NCBI GenBank assembly: GCA_021780375.1
Contig: JAJXYT010000001.1
Coordinates: 304 to 64,303 of the forward strand
Reading direction: 5' to 3'
Source: a bacterium
GTDB taxonomy: Bacteria > Verrucomicrobiota > Verrucomicrobiia > Limisphaerales > UBA11358
DNA length: 64,000 nt
Shown: one piece after another, positions 43,638 to 53,558 of the stretch
How the letters are laid out: each line of letters starts with the position of its first letter
Position numbering within the stretch: the first letter of the stretch is position 1
Program-made: the position numbers and the translations under genes
The notes under the pieces: generated by a model
What the model saw: only the letters and a program-made list of their open reading frames with translations
Told to the model about the DNA's origin: nothing
The model's database searches: none

Positions 43638-46214
43638 ATGAAAGGAACAACACACCTCAGTTTATCTCAACCGGGTGGGAAACATCTGGTTGTCGCCAGC
43701 CTCCTCATTCTGAATTTGTTGACAACCGCTGCTCCGGCAACCAGTCACGTTCGGGAACGTCTTTCATTCGACTCCGACTGGCGTTTTACCAAAGGCGATC
43801 CGCCCGGGACGGGTGATGAACTCAGTTATACCAACATCAAACCCTGGGTTGTGGCCACCGGCAATGAGTTTGTAGTGGACGGCAAAACCATGACGCGCCC
43901 GCCGGGCAATCCTGGTGCAGAGGTCGTCTACACCCGGGGAGGATATGATGACAGCGGCTGGCAGCAACTGAATCTTCCCCACGATTGGGGCATTGCAGGG
44001 CCATTCAACCGGAAAGCTCCCGGCTCAACCGGCAAACTGCCCTGGGAAGGCATCGGCTGGTATCGCAAGCACTTTACGGTCCCCGCCTCCGACCAGGACC
44101 GCCGCCTCTATCTTGCAGTGGATGGCGCGATGTCTTACGCGAACGTCTGGCTGAACGGCCAATACGTCGGCGGTTGGCCCTACGGATATTCCTCCTGGGA
44201 ACTTGACCTTACGCCGTATGTCAAAGCCGGCGCGGAAAATGTCCTCGCCATCCGTTTGGACAACCCGCCGGATTCCTCGCGCTGGTATCCGGGCGGCGGC
44301 ATTTACCGCAATGTCTGGCTGGTCAAAACCGGGCCGGTGCATGTGGCGCACTGGGGCACTTACGTCACCACGCCGAAAATCAGTCCCGCCGCCGCCACGG
44401 TGAAAATACAGGTCATTGTGGAGAACGAGGCGAAAATTGCCGCCACCGTATCGGTGAAAAATGAGGTTTACGAACTCAAGGCTGAGGGAGACAAAGGTGA
44501 ATCCGTTGCCACAACCACGACCGACGGTGTGCAAGTTGCGCCGCAAAGCAACCGGCTGATTCCGGCGCAGGCCACCGTCAAAAACCCGCGGCTTTGGAGC
44601 CTGAAAAAACCGCAACGCTACGTTGTGGTCACTTCGATTGAGCAAAACGGCAAACGGTTGGACCATTACGAAACGCCCTTCGGCATCCGCACCATCAAGT
44701 TTGACGCCAACCAGGGTTTCTTCCTGAATGGAAAACACGTCCGCCTTAACGGCGTTTGCGACCATGCCGACCTGGGCGCGCTTGGCACGGCAATCAATAC
44801 CCGCGCCCTGGAGCGCCAAATCCAAATTCTACAGAAAATGGGCTGCAATGCCATCCGTACCAGTCATAATCCGCCCGCGCCGGAGTTGCTCGATTTGTGC
44901 GACCGCATGGGGATGCTGGTGATGGACGAGTCGTTTGACTGCTGGGAGCGCGGCAAACGGCCCAATGATTATCATCTGCTGTTCGATGATTGGCATGAAA
45001 AAGACTGGCGCGCGGAATTGCGCCGCGACCGGAATCATCCCGGCATCATCCTCTGGAGCATCGGCAACGAGGTGCCCGATCAGAGAACGCCCGCCGGTCT
45101 GCGAATTGCCGCCGAATTGACCCGCATCGCGCACGAGGAAGACCCGACCCGGCCCACGACCGCCGCCTGCGACCAAATTGCGTCGGGCTTCGATGGTTTC
45201 CAGACCAACGTTGATGTTTTCGGCTATAACTACAAACCTTTCCTGTACGCCAGGGTCCATGCGGCCAATCCCGGTCTGCCGATCTTTGGCAGCGAAACCG
45301 CCTCCTGCATCAGCTCACGCGGTGAGTACTTTTACCCCGTCAGCACCAACAAGAATGATGGCAAGTCCGATTTCCAGATGAGTTCGTACGACCTTTCGGC
45401 GCCGCCTTGGGCGACGATCCCGGACACCGAATTCAAAGGCCAGGACGAAAATCCATTCGTAGCCGGCGAGTTTGTGTGGACGGGTTTTGATTACCTCGGC
45501 GAACCGACGCCGTACGATGCTCCCAACGATCCTTCGCGCAGTTCTTATTTCGGGATCGTTGACCTGGCCGGCTTCCAGAAAGACCGTTTTTATCTGTATC
45601 AAGCGCGCTGGCGGCCTGACTTGCCCATGGCTCACTTGGTGCCGCAGTGCTGGAACTGGCCGGACCGCGCCGGGCAGACCACACCCGTGTTTGTTTATAC
45701 TTCCGGCGATGCTGCCGAACTGTTCCTCAACGGCAAATCGCTGGGCCGGAAGACCAAGGAACAATATGAATACCGTCTTTGTTGGAATGAAGTGAAATAC
45801 GAACCGGGCAAACTCAAAGTGGTTGCTTACAAAAACGGCAAGCCGTGGGCAACCGACATGGTGCAGACCACCGGCCCGGCCGCGAAGCTCGCCTTGCAGC
45901 CGGATCGCAAAAAAATCCACGCTAACGGTAAAGATTTATCCTTCGTCACATTGACGGTCGAGGATAAGAACGGTTTGATGGTCCCCCGGGCGGCCAATGC
46001 CATCCATTTCGAAATTTCCGGTCCGGGCGAAATTGCGGCCACCGATAACGGCGACCCAACGGATTTGGTCTCGTTTCCCTCCCACGACCGCAAGGCATTT
46101 AACGGCCTTTGCCTCGCCATCGTTCGCTCCCAGGCAGGACAGAGCGGGACCATTAAACTCACAGCAATATCCGATGGCTTAAAAGCGGCCAGCGTTTCCA
46201 TCCGGGCCCGATGA
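43638..46214 (+). CDS. GH2 beta-galactosidase
   Basis: 858 aa with a signal-like N-terminus. It has a GH2 sugar-binding domain, Ig domain and TIM barrel, with blocks NAIRTSHNPP and WSIGNEV. Confidence 0.9.
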   Translation: MKGTTHLSLSQPGGKHLVVASLLILNLLTTAAPATSHVRERLSFDSDWRFTKGDPPGTGDELSYTNIKPWVVATGNEFVVDGKTMTRPPGNPGAEVVYTRGGYDDSGWQQLNLPHDWGIAGPFNRKAPGSTGKLPWEGIGWYRKHFTVPASDQDRRLYLAVDGAMSYANVWLNGQYVGGWPYGYSSWELDLTPYVKAGAENVLAIRLDNPPDSSRWYPGGGIYRNVWLVKTGPVHVAHWGTYVTTPKISPAAATVKIQVIVENEAKIAATVSVKNEVYELKAEGDKGESVATTTTDGVQVAPQSNRLIPAQATVKNPRLWSLKKPQRYVVVTSIEQNGKRLDHYETPFGIRTIKFDANQGFFLNGKHVRLNGVCDHADLGALGTAINTRALERQIQILQKMGCNAIRTSHNPPAPELLDLCDRMGMLVMDESFDCWERGKRPNDYHLLFDDWHEKDWRAELRRDRNHPGIILWSIGNEVPDQRTPAGLRIAAELTRIAHEEDPTRPTTAACDQIASGFDGFQTNVDVFGYNYKPFLYARVHAANPGLPIFGSETASCISSRGEYFYPVSTNKNDGKSDFQMSSYDLSAPPWATIPDTEFKGQDENPFVAGEFVWTGFDYLGEPTPYDAPNDPSRSSYFGIVDLAGFQKDRFYLYQARWRPDLPMAHLVPQCWNWPDRAGQTTPVFVYTSGDAAELFLNGKSLGRKTKEQYEYRLCWNEVKYEPGKLKVVAYKNGKPWATDMVQTTGPAAKLALQPDRKKIHANGKDLSFVTLTVEDKNGLMVPRAANAIHFEISGPGEIAATDNGDPTDLVSFPSHDRKAFNGLCLAIVRSQAGQSGTIKLTAISDGLKAASVSIRAR

Positions 46215-46340
46215 ACCGCGGGTGGCGCCCGTGAGCCGGAATGATGCAGCTGGGTTTGCGTGGAAGCGACGCCTCGTCGCTTGGCTGTGGCGGCGACGCC
46301 CTCGCCGCCACCGGTTTTGCCCCAAACCAAACAGTGACTG

Positions 46341-46364
46341 AAAAAACGCGACGGGGGCGTCGCG
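46341..46364 (-). terminator. Rho-independent terminator-like hairpin (cgcgacg-cccc-cgtcgcg followed by T6 on the minus strand)
   Basis: 7-bp GC stem plus a T-run, directly after the stop of the ISL3 fragment. Two further GC hairpins lie at 46265-46283 and 46288-46313, downstream of GH2. Confidence 0.55.
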
Positions 46365-46365
46365 C

Positions 46366-46671
46366 TCACCCTTCCCACGGAGGACGCACCCGGAAGACGT
46401 GGCCGCACTGGCGGCACTTGCCGCGCGGCAAACGGCAGGTGATCTCGCAACGATGCTGGAAAACATTGAGCTGCCGCCAGGTCAACACCTCGGTATGGTC
46501 GTAACAGAAAACAAAACCGCCGTCTTTCGGACAGCGCGCCAACTCCCATAGTTTGAACGTCTCGCGGATTTCCAGAAAGACCGTTCCGCTTTCACGCTCA
46601 AAGCGGCTCTCGATTACTTCCCAGTTCAAACCCAAACCCAATAGTTCGTGAAACAGTTTTTCAGGTGTCAT
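46366..46671 (-). mobile_element. ISL3-family transposase N-terminal fragment (zinc-finger/HTH part only)
   Basis: LLGLGLNWEVIE...CPKDGG...WRQLNVFQHRCEITCRLPRGKCRQCGHVFRVRPPWEG matches the ISL3 N-terminal pattern. The catalytic ~300 aa are absent and no terminal inverted repeats were seen. Confidence 0.7.
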
Positions 46672-46928
46672 CCCGCCAGCCTAACCAACCTCATCTTCTG
46701 TTCCACCGAAAACAGCGGGGAACCGGATTATCCGCGCAACGGCGGGGATAGCGCGAAATCAACCCCGCGGTTTTACGGCGCGCGGAGGGGATACGAATGC
46801 CCGTTGCACCTGTTATTTACGAGCGGGAAACGGTCGGCTGGATGTGGTGCAGAAATCTCATGTTATCTTGCAAAAGATAGTAGTTATTATTAACGGGGAT
46901 TGGAGTTATTCTGGTTGCGTCGCGGGGA

Positions 46929-48263
46929 ATGGATGATTTTATGGCAGAATTATTAAAACTAGAGAAATTTTCGTTTGGGGTCGGGGACCGTTTTGCGCGC
47001 CAGGCCAGGGCACAACTCCGGGCATTCATATTGGCCGCTCAACAAGGCCTGGACGTCATTCCGGTCTGGAATAAATCCAACCGCGAGCACGTCATCGTCG
47101 GCTCCGAGCCGTCCGGCACCCGGGCGGCGGTGGAGGCCGCGGTGAAGCAATTGGGCTGGCGAAAGGCCTATCACGTGGATGCCGACCATATCGGACTGAA
47201 AACGGTGGACCGGTTCGTACCGCATTCGGATTTTTACACGATTGACGTGGCGGATTGGATTGGAAAGCCGGCGGACGCAACGGCGGTGGAAGCGTTTATC
47301 CGGAAACATCCCGAACTGGCGGGCCAGATTTCGATTCCCCGGATTGAATGGCCGTTCCAGACCACCGCGGCGGAGGTGCGGCGCATTGCCGGCAAATATC
47401 TGCTGGCGGTGCAGGAAGCTGGAAAAATTTACCGGCACATTGTCGAGGCCAAGGGCGGCCGGAAATTTATTACCGAGGTTTCCATGGACGAAACCGACCA
47501 GCCGCAGACGCCGCCGGAATTGTTGATTATCCTGGCCGCCATCGCCGATGAGAAGATTCCCATCCAGACGATTGCGCCGAAGTTTACCGGGCGGTTCAAC
47601 AAGGGCGTGGACTATGTGGGAGACGTTGCGCAGTTCGAGAAAGAGTTCAACGAAGATCTGGCGGTCATTGCCTTTGCGGTGAAACAGTACGGGTTGCCGG
47701 AGACGTTAAAGTTGAGCGTGCATTCCGGCAGCGATAAGTTTTCCATTTACGCGCCGATGCGCCGGGCGTTGGCGCGGTTTGGCTGCGGCTTGCACATCAA
47801 AACGGCGGGGACAACCTGGCTGGAGGAAGTGATTGGCCTGGCGGAGGCCGACGGAGACGGGTTGGCGTTGGCCAGGGAAATTTATGCCGGGGCGGTGGAG
47901 CATGCCGAGGAACTTTGCGCTCCTTATGCGACGGTCATTGACATTGATTCCCAAAAGCTGCCGTCGATTGTCACGGTCAACGGCTGGAGCGCCGCACAAT
48001 TCACCGCCGCCTTGCGCCATGACCAGAAAAATCCGGCCTACAACCGCCATCTGCGACAATTGATCCACGTCGGCTACAAAATTGCGGCAAAGATGGGTGA
48101 GCGCTATCTCAACGCGTTGGATAAATATGAAGAGACGGTGGCGAGAAACGTCACCACCAACCTTTACGAACGCCATATGAAACCTTTGCTGCTCGGACTG
48201 GAACGCGTTGCCCCGCCGGAGGCGGCCGTCCGGGCGCCGGAGGCAACGGTGTCGTCGCTATGA
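46929..48263 (+). CDS. uxaE: Tagaturonate/fructuronate epimerase-family protein
   Basis: FSFGVGDRFARQ...PVWNKSNREH...VDADHI...FYTIDVAD blocks are as recalled for UxaE. It overlaps uxaC by 4 nt. Confidence 0.65.
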   Translation: MDDFMAELLKLEKFSFGVGDRFARQARAQLRAFILAAQQGLDVIPVWNKSNREHVIVGSEPSGTRAAVEAAVKQLGWRKAYHVDADHIGLKTVDRFVPHSDFYTIDVADWIGKPADATAVEAFIRKHPELAGQISIPRIEWPFQTTAAEVRRIAGKYLLAVQEAGKIYRHIVEAKGGRKFITEVSMDETDQPQTPPELLIILAAIADEKIPIQTIAPKFTGRFNKGVDYVGDVAQFEKEFNEDLAVIAFAVKQYGLPETLKLSVHSGSDKFSIYAPMRRALARFGCGLHIKTAGTTWLEEVIGLAEADGDGLALAREIYAGAVEHAEELCAPYATVIDIDSQKLPSIVTVNGWSAAQFTAALRHDQKNPAYNRHLRQLIHVGYKIAAKMGERYLNALDKYEETVARNVTTNLYERHMKPLLLGLERVAPPEAAVRAPEATVSSL

Positions 48264-49744
48264 AATTCATTCACGAGGATTTTCTACTGCAGACACGAAC
48301 CGCCCGGCGGCTTTACCACCAATTTGCCGAAATCGAGCCAATTTTGGACTACCATTGTCACCTTTCCCCAAAGGATATTGCGGAGAATCGCCAGTTCAAA
48401 AATCTCTTCGAAATCTGGCTCGAAGGCGACCATTACAAATGGCGGGCGATGCGTTCCAATGGCGTGGCCGAACGCTTCTGCACGGGAGACGCCGATCCCT
48501 TTGCCAAATTTCAGGCGTGGGCGGCGACCGTGCCGCAGACGTTGCGCAATCCGCTCTATCATTGGACGCATCTGGAATTGCAGCGTTATTTTGGCGTTGA
48601 TGAGTTGCTGGATGAGGCGAGTGCCATTCGCATCTGGAACAACGCGAATAAACTACTGGCCACCCCGGAACTGACGACGCAGGGCATCCTGAAGAAATTC
48701 AACGTCAAAACCGTCTGTACGACGGACGACCCAACGGATGATTTAAACCACCATAAAGCCATCCTGGCTTCCGATCTGACCACGCGCGTGCTGCCGGCGT
48801 TCCGTCCGGACAAGGCGCTGACGGTGCATCAACCGGTGTCATTCAATCATTGGGTAAACCGGTTGTCTGAAACCAGTGGCATTGAAATTGGCGGCTTTGC
48901 GGAATTTCTCGACGCCTTGCGTGCACGTCATGATTTTTTCCACGCTCAAGGTTGCCGCCTTTCGGACCATGGCCTGACGCAATGCTCTGCGGACTTTTGT
49001 TCCGAGAAGGCGGCCGCGGTGATTTTTGCCCGGGCGCAAAAAGGGAAGGCCGCCACGCCGGAGGAACAGGCGCAATTTTCCGCGTTCATGATGCTCTTTT
49101 TCGGCGCATTGGATGCGGGGAAGAACTGGACAAAACAACTTCATCTGGGCGCGCTGCGAAACAACAACACGCGCTTGCTCAAGCAGCTGGGGCCGGATAC
49201 CGGGTTTGATTCCATTGGCGATTTCCCGCAAGCCGCCGCGTTGGCCGCCTTTCTGGATCGTTTGGACCAGGAAAAAGCGCTGCCCAAAACCATCATCTAT
49301 AACAACAATCCGATGGACAATTACGTCTTTGCGACGATGCTGGGCAACTTCCAGGACGGCGCGATGGCGGGGAAAATCCAACTCGGTTCCGGCTGGTGGT
49401 TCCTCGACCAGAAGGAAGGCATCGAGTGGCAGCTCAACGCGCTTTCCAATCTGGGGCTGCTCTCGCGCTTCGTCGGCATGGTGACGGATTCCCGCTCGTT
49501 CATGTCCTACCCCCGCCACGAATACTTCCGGCGCGTGTTGTGCAATCTGGTCGGACGCGACGTGGAAAACGGCGAAATTCCCGATGACGATTCCTTGCTC
49601 GGGCCGATGATTCAAAACATCTGCTATGCCAATGCACAGCAGTATTTGCAACTGCCGACAAACGGATCGAACAAGGAGACTCGCAAACAGCCGGCGGCAC
49701 GCTCCGGCACCCGGATTCCTCCCGCAACCCGCCGGGAAAAATGA
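48260..49744 (+). CDS. uxaC: Glucuronate isomerase
   Basis: The N-terminus FIHEDFLLQT..A..LYH......PI.DYHCHL and WLEGDHYKWRAMR are hallmarks of UxaC. It has a ~25-aa basic C-terminal extension. Confidence 0.92.
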   Translation: MKFIHEDFLLQTRTARRLYHQFAEIEPILDYHCHLSPKDIAENRQFKNLFEIWLEGDHYKWRAMRSNGVAERFCTGDADPFAKFQAWAATVPQTLRNPLYHWTHLELQRYFGVDELLDEASAIRIWNNANKLLATPELTTQGILKKFNVKTVCTTDDPTDDLNHHKAILASDLTTRVLPAFRPDKALTVHQPVSFNHWVNRLSETSGIEIGGFAEFLDALRARHDFFHAQGCRLSDHGLTQCSADFCSEKAAAVIFARAQKGKAATPEEQAQFSAFMMLFFGALDAGKNWTKQLHLGALRNNNTRLLKQLGPDTGFDSIGDFPQAAALAAFLDRLDQEKALPKTIIYNNNPMDNYVFATMLGNFQDGAMAGKIQLGSGWWFLDQKEGIEWQLNALSNLGLLSRFVGMVTDSRSFMSYPRHEYFRRVLCNLVGRDVENGEIPDDDSLLGPMIQNICYANAQQYLQLPTNGSNKETRKQPAARSGTRIPPATRREK

Positions 49745-49774
49745 ACCTCCGGAGCGGTGGTCTTCTCCCCTGAA

Positions 49775-50926
49775 TCAGCGCATCACGCTGTCACGAAATT
49801 GCTTGGGGGACATTCCGGTTGCCTGCTTGAAGGCCACGCAAAAAGTGTTGGCGCTTTGATAACCGCATTGACCCGCCAGCACTTCCAGTTTGTTGCTGGA
49901 TTCGGCCAGCAGCCGTTTGGCGCGTTCGATCCGCACGCGTTGCAGTTCCTGGCCGGGAGTCCGCCCCACATTTTCGAGGAAAGCCTTGTGCAATCCGCGC
50001 CGCGACATCGCCGCCACGCCCACCAAATCCTTCACGGTGATCGGCTCGGCGGCATGTTCCCAGATAAACCGGAGACTGTTGGCCACACCCTTGTGGTTGA
50101 TGGCCAGCAGATCACTGCTCTTGCGGGTAATAATGCCGGTCGCAGGAACCCGGATGGGTTTTGGGGGCGGACTTTTGCCATTCATTAAATCCTGCAACAG
50201 GGACGCGCCCATGTAACCCAAAGTTTCCAGATTGGTATCCACGCTGGAGATGGGGGTGTGCATGGTGTTTGCCGCCAACAGATTGTTTTCCGCCCCGATG
50301 ATGGCCACCTGCTCGGGCACGGTCAGGCCCGCGCTCTCGCAGGATTCCAACAAGTCGAGCGCCTGCTCGTCGTTCGCCGCGAAAACCGCCAGCGGTTTGG
50401 GCTTGGATTTCAACTGGGCGAGCAGCCATTTTCGTTTATGCTTCCACTGTTCCCGATCGTCGCGATAAGCCGGAGACTCGTGCCAGCGCAACCAGGTGCA
50501 ATCGTGCCCGGACCGCTTCAAGGCTTCGACGAAACCGCGGCCGCGTTCTTCGTAAGTCCAGTTATCGGTGTCGCTGTAATACAAAAAATTGTGAATGCCG
50601 CGGGACAGGAAATGTTCGGCCGCCAGTTGTGCCGCATGGGCATGATCCTCCAATACTCTGGGAAATCGCAATTGGGGGCGACGATAGCTGAAGTCCACCG
50701 TCGGTTTTTTGACGCTGACGACAAACTCCGCCAGATCATCCCCGGCCCCAAGCCACGCCAGAATGCCATGTCCTTCCCAACCCCAGGGAATGACCTTCTC
50801 CCGGGTCAGATTGGCCGAAAGGTGCCAATCGTGTTCCTGGGCAAACTTCTCGATTCCGCGGTGCAGTCTGTAGTCATACCATCCAAGCGCGATCAGGACC
50901 CGCTTTTGCTTGTTTCGCATGCCCAA
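49775..50926 (-). CDS. XylR-like regulator (periplasmic-binding-protein-like sensor plus AraC HTH)
   Basis: The N-terminus KRVLIALGWYDYRLHRGI is XylR-like and the C-terminus is an AraC-type double HTH (GYQSANTFCVAFKQATGMSPKQFR). Confidence 0.8.
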   Translation of the reverse strand: MGMRNKQKRVLIALGWYDYRLHRGIEKFAQEHDWHLSANLTREKVIPWGWEGHGILAWLGAGDDLAEFVVSVKKPTVDFSYRRPQLRFPRVLEDHAHAAQLAAEHFLSRGIHNFLYYSDTDNWTYEERGRGFVEALKRSGHDCTWLRWHESPAYRDDREQWKHKRKWLLAQLKSKPKPLAVFAANDEQALDLLESCESAGLTVPEQVAIIGAENNLLAANTMHTPISSVDTNLETLGYMGASLLQDLMNGKSPPPKPIRVPATGIITRKSSDLLAINHKGVANSLRFIWEHAAEPITVKDLVGVAAMSRRGLHKAFLENVGRTPGQELQRVRIERAKRLLAESSNKLEVLAGQCGYQSANTFCVAFKQATGMSPKQFRDSVMR

Positions 50927-51315
50927 TCAGAGTGAGCCGGATTAGCATCCGTTTCAATCGATTTTTAGCAAAAGAGTTCCGTGATGACACTTCTCAGGTT
51001 TCGCCAAATCAAACGAACGTGAATTTATCCCGCAAAACAACATGAAAATATGGCTCGCCCGGCGGAAGGGGTGCCCAATTTTCAAACAGGTTTGCAACAA
51101 TACGGGGGTGACACCAAGCATTGGTTCAGCTAAGATTTTAGAATCAATCAATGTTAAGCGAAGCCGCAATTTATGCTCATGACAGGTGAGTAGCGGCGGG
51201 TGGAAGCCGGTTAAGCCCAATAAGGTAAAAATTAAATAAACGTATAATTCTCAAACCTTCTGGAGATTCCTATGAAACAGATTCATTCAATTCTCGCCAT
51301 CATCCTGGGTGTCAC

Positions 51316-53535
51316 GTGAGCCTGAGCGCCTACGCCGACACAGTTTTGACAGAACAATTTCAAGACTACGCCACCGGGAACCTCGGCGCGACCGGAACGG
51401 GGGCTACGGGCGGCGTTCCCGGTTGGAATACCCCGAAATCTCACATCACTGTCACCAACGGCAGCGGCAGTCTGGATGGAACCGGACTGGGTCTGGTCGC
51501 GTCCGCCGGCGACATGGTTTACATCATACCCACCGCCAATACCAATGACAATTTCGATACCAACTCGGCGGGCATTCCCAACGGCTGCTACAACCTGTTT
51601 GCCTACAAAACTTCGCCGTATCCGACTTTCCCCGGGACCACCAATGTCAATCTTTATTGTTCGTTCCTTTTTCAGTTCAACGACAACACGAATTTTCCCG
51701 CCAACGGGGTTTCAATGATTGCAGGGATGTATCTGGAAAACGGCGGCATTCAAAGCTCCAGTGGGGCTGATGCGTATTGGCAATTGTTGGCGAGGTCGGC
51801 TGGCGGTAATAACGTTCAGCTTGGAATCGCCAAAAACATCTTCGGCCCTGTTCCTGGCATTACCAACTGGGATTCCACCACCATTACGGTGGGACAACCC
51901 ATTTTTGTCGTCACCCGGCTGCAAATTGCAGCGACCAACGGTTTGAACAATTACACGAATGACGAATCGGATCTCTGGATCAACCCGCCGGCCAATACGT
52001 TCGGGACCAACGAGGCCAATGTGCCGGCCCCCGACGCGAGCTCACCTCCGGGTGACGGCGCTCCTCCCTCAAGTTCCACCGGACCGGGGCGCTTTTTCAT
52101 AACGGACAACGGTCTGGGCGCCAATTTGGATGAATTGCGCATTGCCACGAATTGGGCGGAGGTCACGCCTCCCTTTGGCCAATGTCTCTCGGCGGCCTTT
52201 ACTACGAATCCGACAAACTTAACGCAGGTTGCGGAGATCAGCGCGACTTTTTATTCAAAAGCGGCCAACAGCACCAGCCCCGAGTACCAGTGGCAGATCA
52301 GCCAGAACGGCGGCGCCACGTGGTCCGACATCAGCGGCGCGATTCGCAACATTTACACCACCCCCAACTTGCAGTTGGCGACTGACAATGGAAATCAATA
52401 TCGGGCCATCGTCAGTGTCCCCTGCGACGGGTCCTCGGCCACTTCCTCGGTTGCAACCGTGACGCTGACTGCGCCGACGGTTACGCCGTCGCCCAGCACG
52501 ATCATGAATGATGTTTTCCCGGGCAATACTTTCCGCGATGTGGGTCCCGTCACGACCACTCATTCAACCTGGTTCACTGGCAATGCGGCGCCTTCAAGCT
52601 CGTCAGATTTGTTGACGGATCCTAGCGGGACGGGCCTGATCGCCCTGCCGATTAGTGGGAGTTCGAGTTTGTATTTGGGTTATTTTGTCAATGAAACCCC
52701 CAGCAGCAAGTTGCCGGTTCATTTGGCCATCGGAACCCAAATCACCGCCACCCTCAAGTTCATTCCCAGCTCATTCAACGCCTTTACCAACAATGGGGCG
52801 CTGCGATTCGGCCTGTTTGATTACGCTGATAGCGGTACGTTGATTACCAGTGATCAGGCAAACCTCACTGGGAGCCTGGGTTATGGATTGAACGTCCGGG
52901 GGTATATGCTCAGTTTGGACTTTGGCACCAACTTCATCGATAACACGCCCTTGTCGCTCTATGTCAGGAACGGCCTGGGTGATAATAATCTGATGGGCAC
53001 AACGGGCGATTACTTATCCATGGGAGGCGGGCCGGCGGGAGGCGCATATTCAAATACGCCCGCGTTCCAAGCCGGCACTACTTATACTTTGGCATTGACC
53101 GTGGCACGAACAGGCACCAATGCCTCTACGGTCACAGCGGCGATTACCGGCGGCAGCCTGAATCTGTCGTTTACCGCCACCGACACCAACAGTTTCGGCT
53201 ACCATAGATTCGATACGCTTGCCGTCCGGCCCAACAAGCTTGAGAACGCAGCCGACCAGTTCACGTTCCCGCTGTTCACCGTCCAAGTGACCAATGCGCC
53301 GGTGCAGGTGTCGAGTGTGGCGCTTGCGAGTGTTTCCCGTACCGGAAATAACGTGACTCTCACATGGCAGGCGGCCCCGGGTGGCGCTGATGTCAGCAGC
53401 GGTTTTAGTGTGTATCGCAAGAACAGCCTGACCGATGCTACTTGGACCTTGCTGCAATCCGCGATCACTACAACAAATTATACGGACACGACAGCGACCA
53501 ACAGTGCGGGCTTCTACCGCATAAGTTATCCGTGA
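51316..53535 (+). CDS. Secreted LamG-like/Ig-like/FN3-like protein with FYR tail; signal peptide is split off by a frameshift
   Basis: The main ORF starts at GTG 51316 with no signal peptide. ATG 51272 encodes MKQIHSILAIILGVT and then a stop in another frame. The N-terminal module resembles that of PEP-CTERM protein 61498-62343. The protein ends GFYRISYP. Confidence 0.7.
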   Translation: MSLSAYADTVLTEQFQDYATGNLGATGTGATGGVPGWNTPKSHITVTNGSGSLDGTGLGLVASAGDMVYIIPTANTNDNFDTNSAGIPNGCYNLFAYKTSPYPTFPGTTNVNLYCSFLFQFNDNTNFPANGVSMIAGMYLENGGIQSSSGADAYWQLLARSAGGNNVQLGIAKNIFGPVPGITNWDSTTITVGQPIFVVTRLQIAATNGLNNYTNDESDLWINPPANTFGTNEANVPAPDASSPPGDGAPPSSSTGPGRFFITDNGLGANLDELRIATNWAEVTPPFGQCLSAAFTTNPTNLTQVAEISATFYSKAANSTSPEYQWQISQNGGATWSDISGAIRNIYTTPNLQLATDNGNQYRAIVSVPCDGSSATSSVATVTLTAPTVTPSPSTIMNDVFPGNTFRDVGPVTTTHSTWFTGNAAPSSSSDLLTDPSGTGLIALPISGSSSLYLGYFVNETPSSKLPVHLAIGTQITATLKFIPSSFNAFTNNGALRFGLFDYADSGTLITSDQANLTGSLGYGLNVRGYMLSLDFGTNFIDNTPLSLYVRNGLGDNNLMGTTGDYLSMGGGPAGGAYSNTPAFQAGTTYTLALTVARTGTNASTVTAAITGGSLNLSFTATDTNSFGYHRFDTLAVRPNKLENAADQFTFPLFTVQVTNAPVQVSSVALASVSRTGNNVTLTWQAAPGGADVSSGFSVYRKNSLTDATWTLLQSAITTTNYTDTTATNSAGFYRISYP

Positions 53536-53558
53536 TTCGGCGTTGATGCTTGAAACGA

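Noticed and set aside
45827-46549. 240-aa minus-strand ORF overlapping the GH2 3' end and the hairpin cluster, along with neighbouring small ORFs at 46179-46504.
   Set aside because: It lies antisense to a well-supported GH2 gene and then runs through GC hairpins. The translation is low complexity and no motifs are present.
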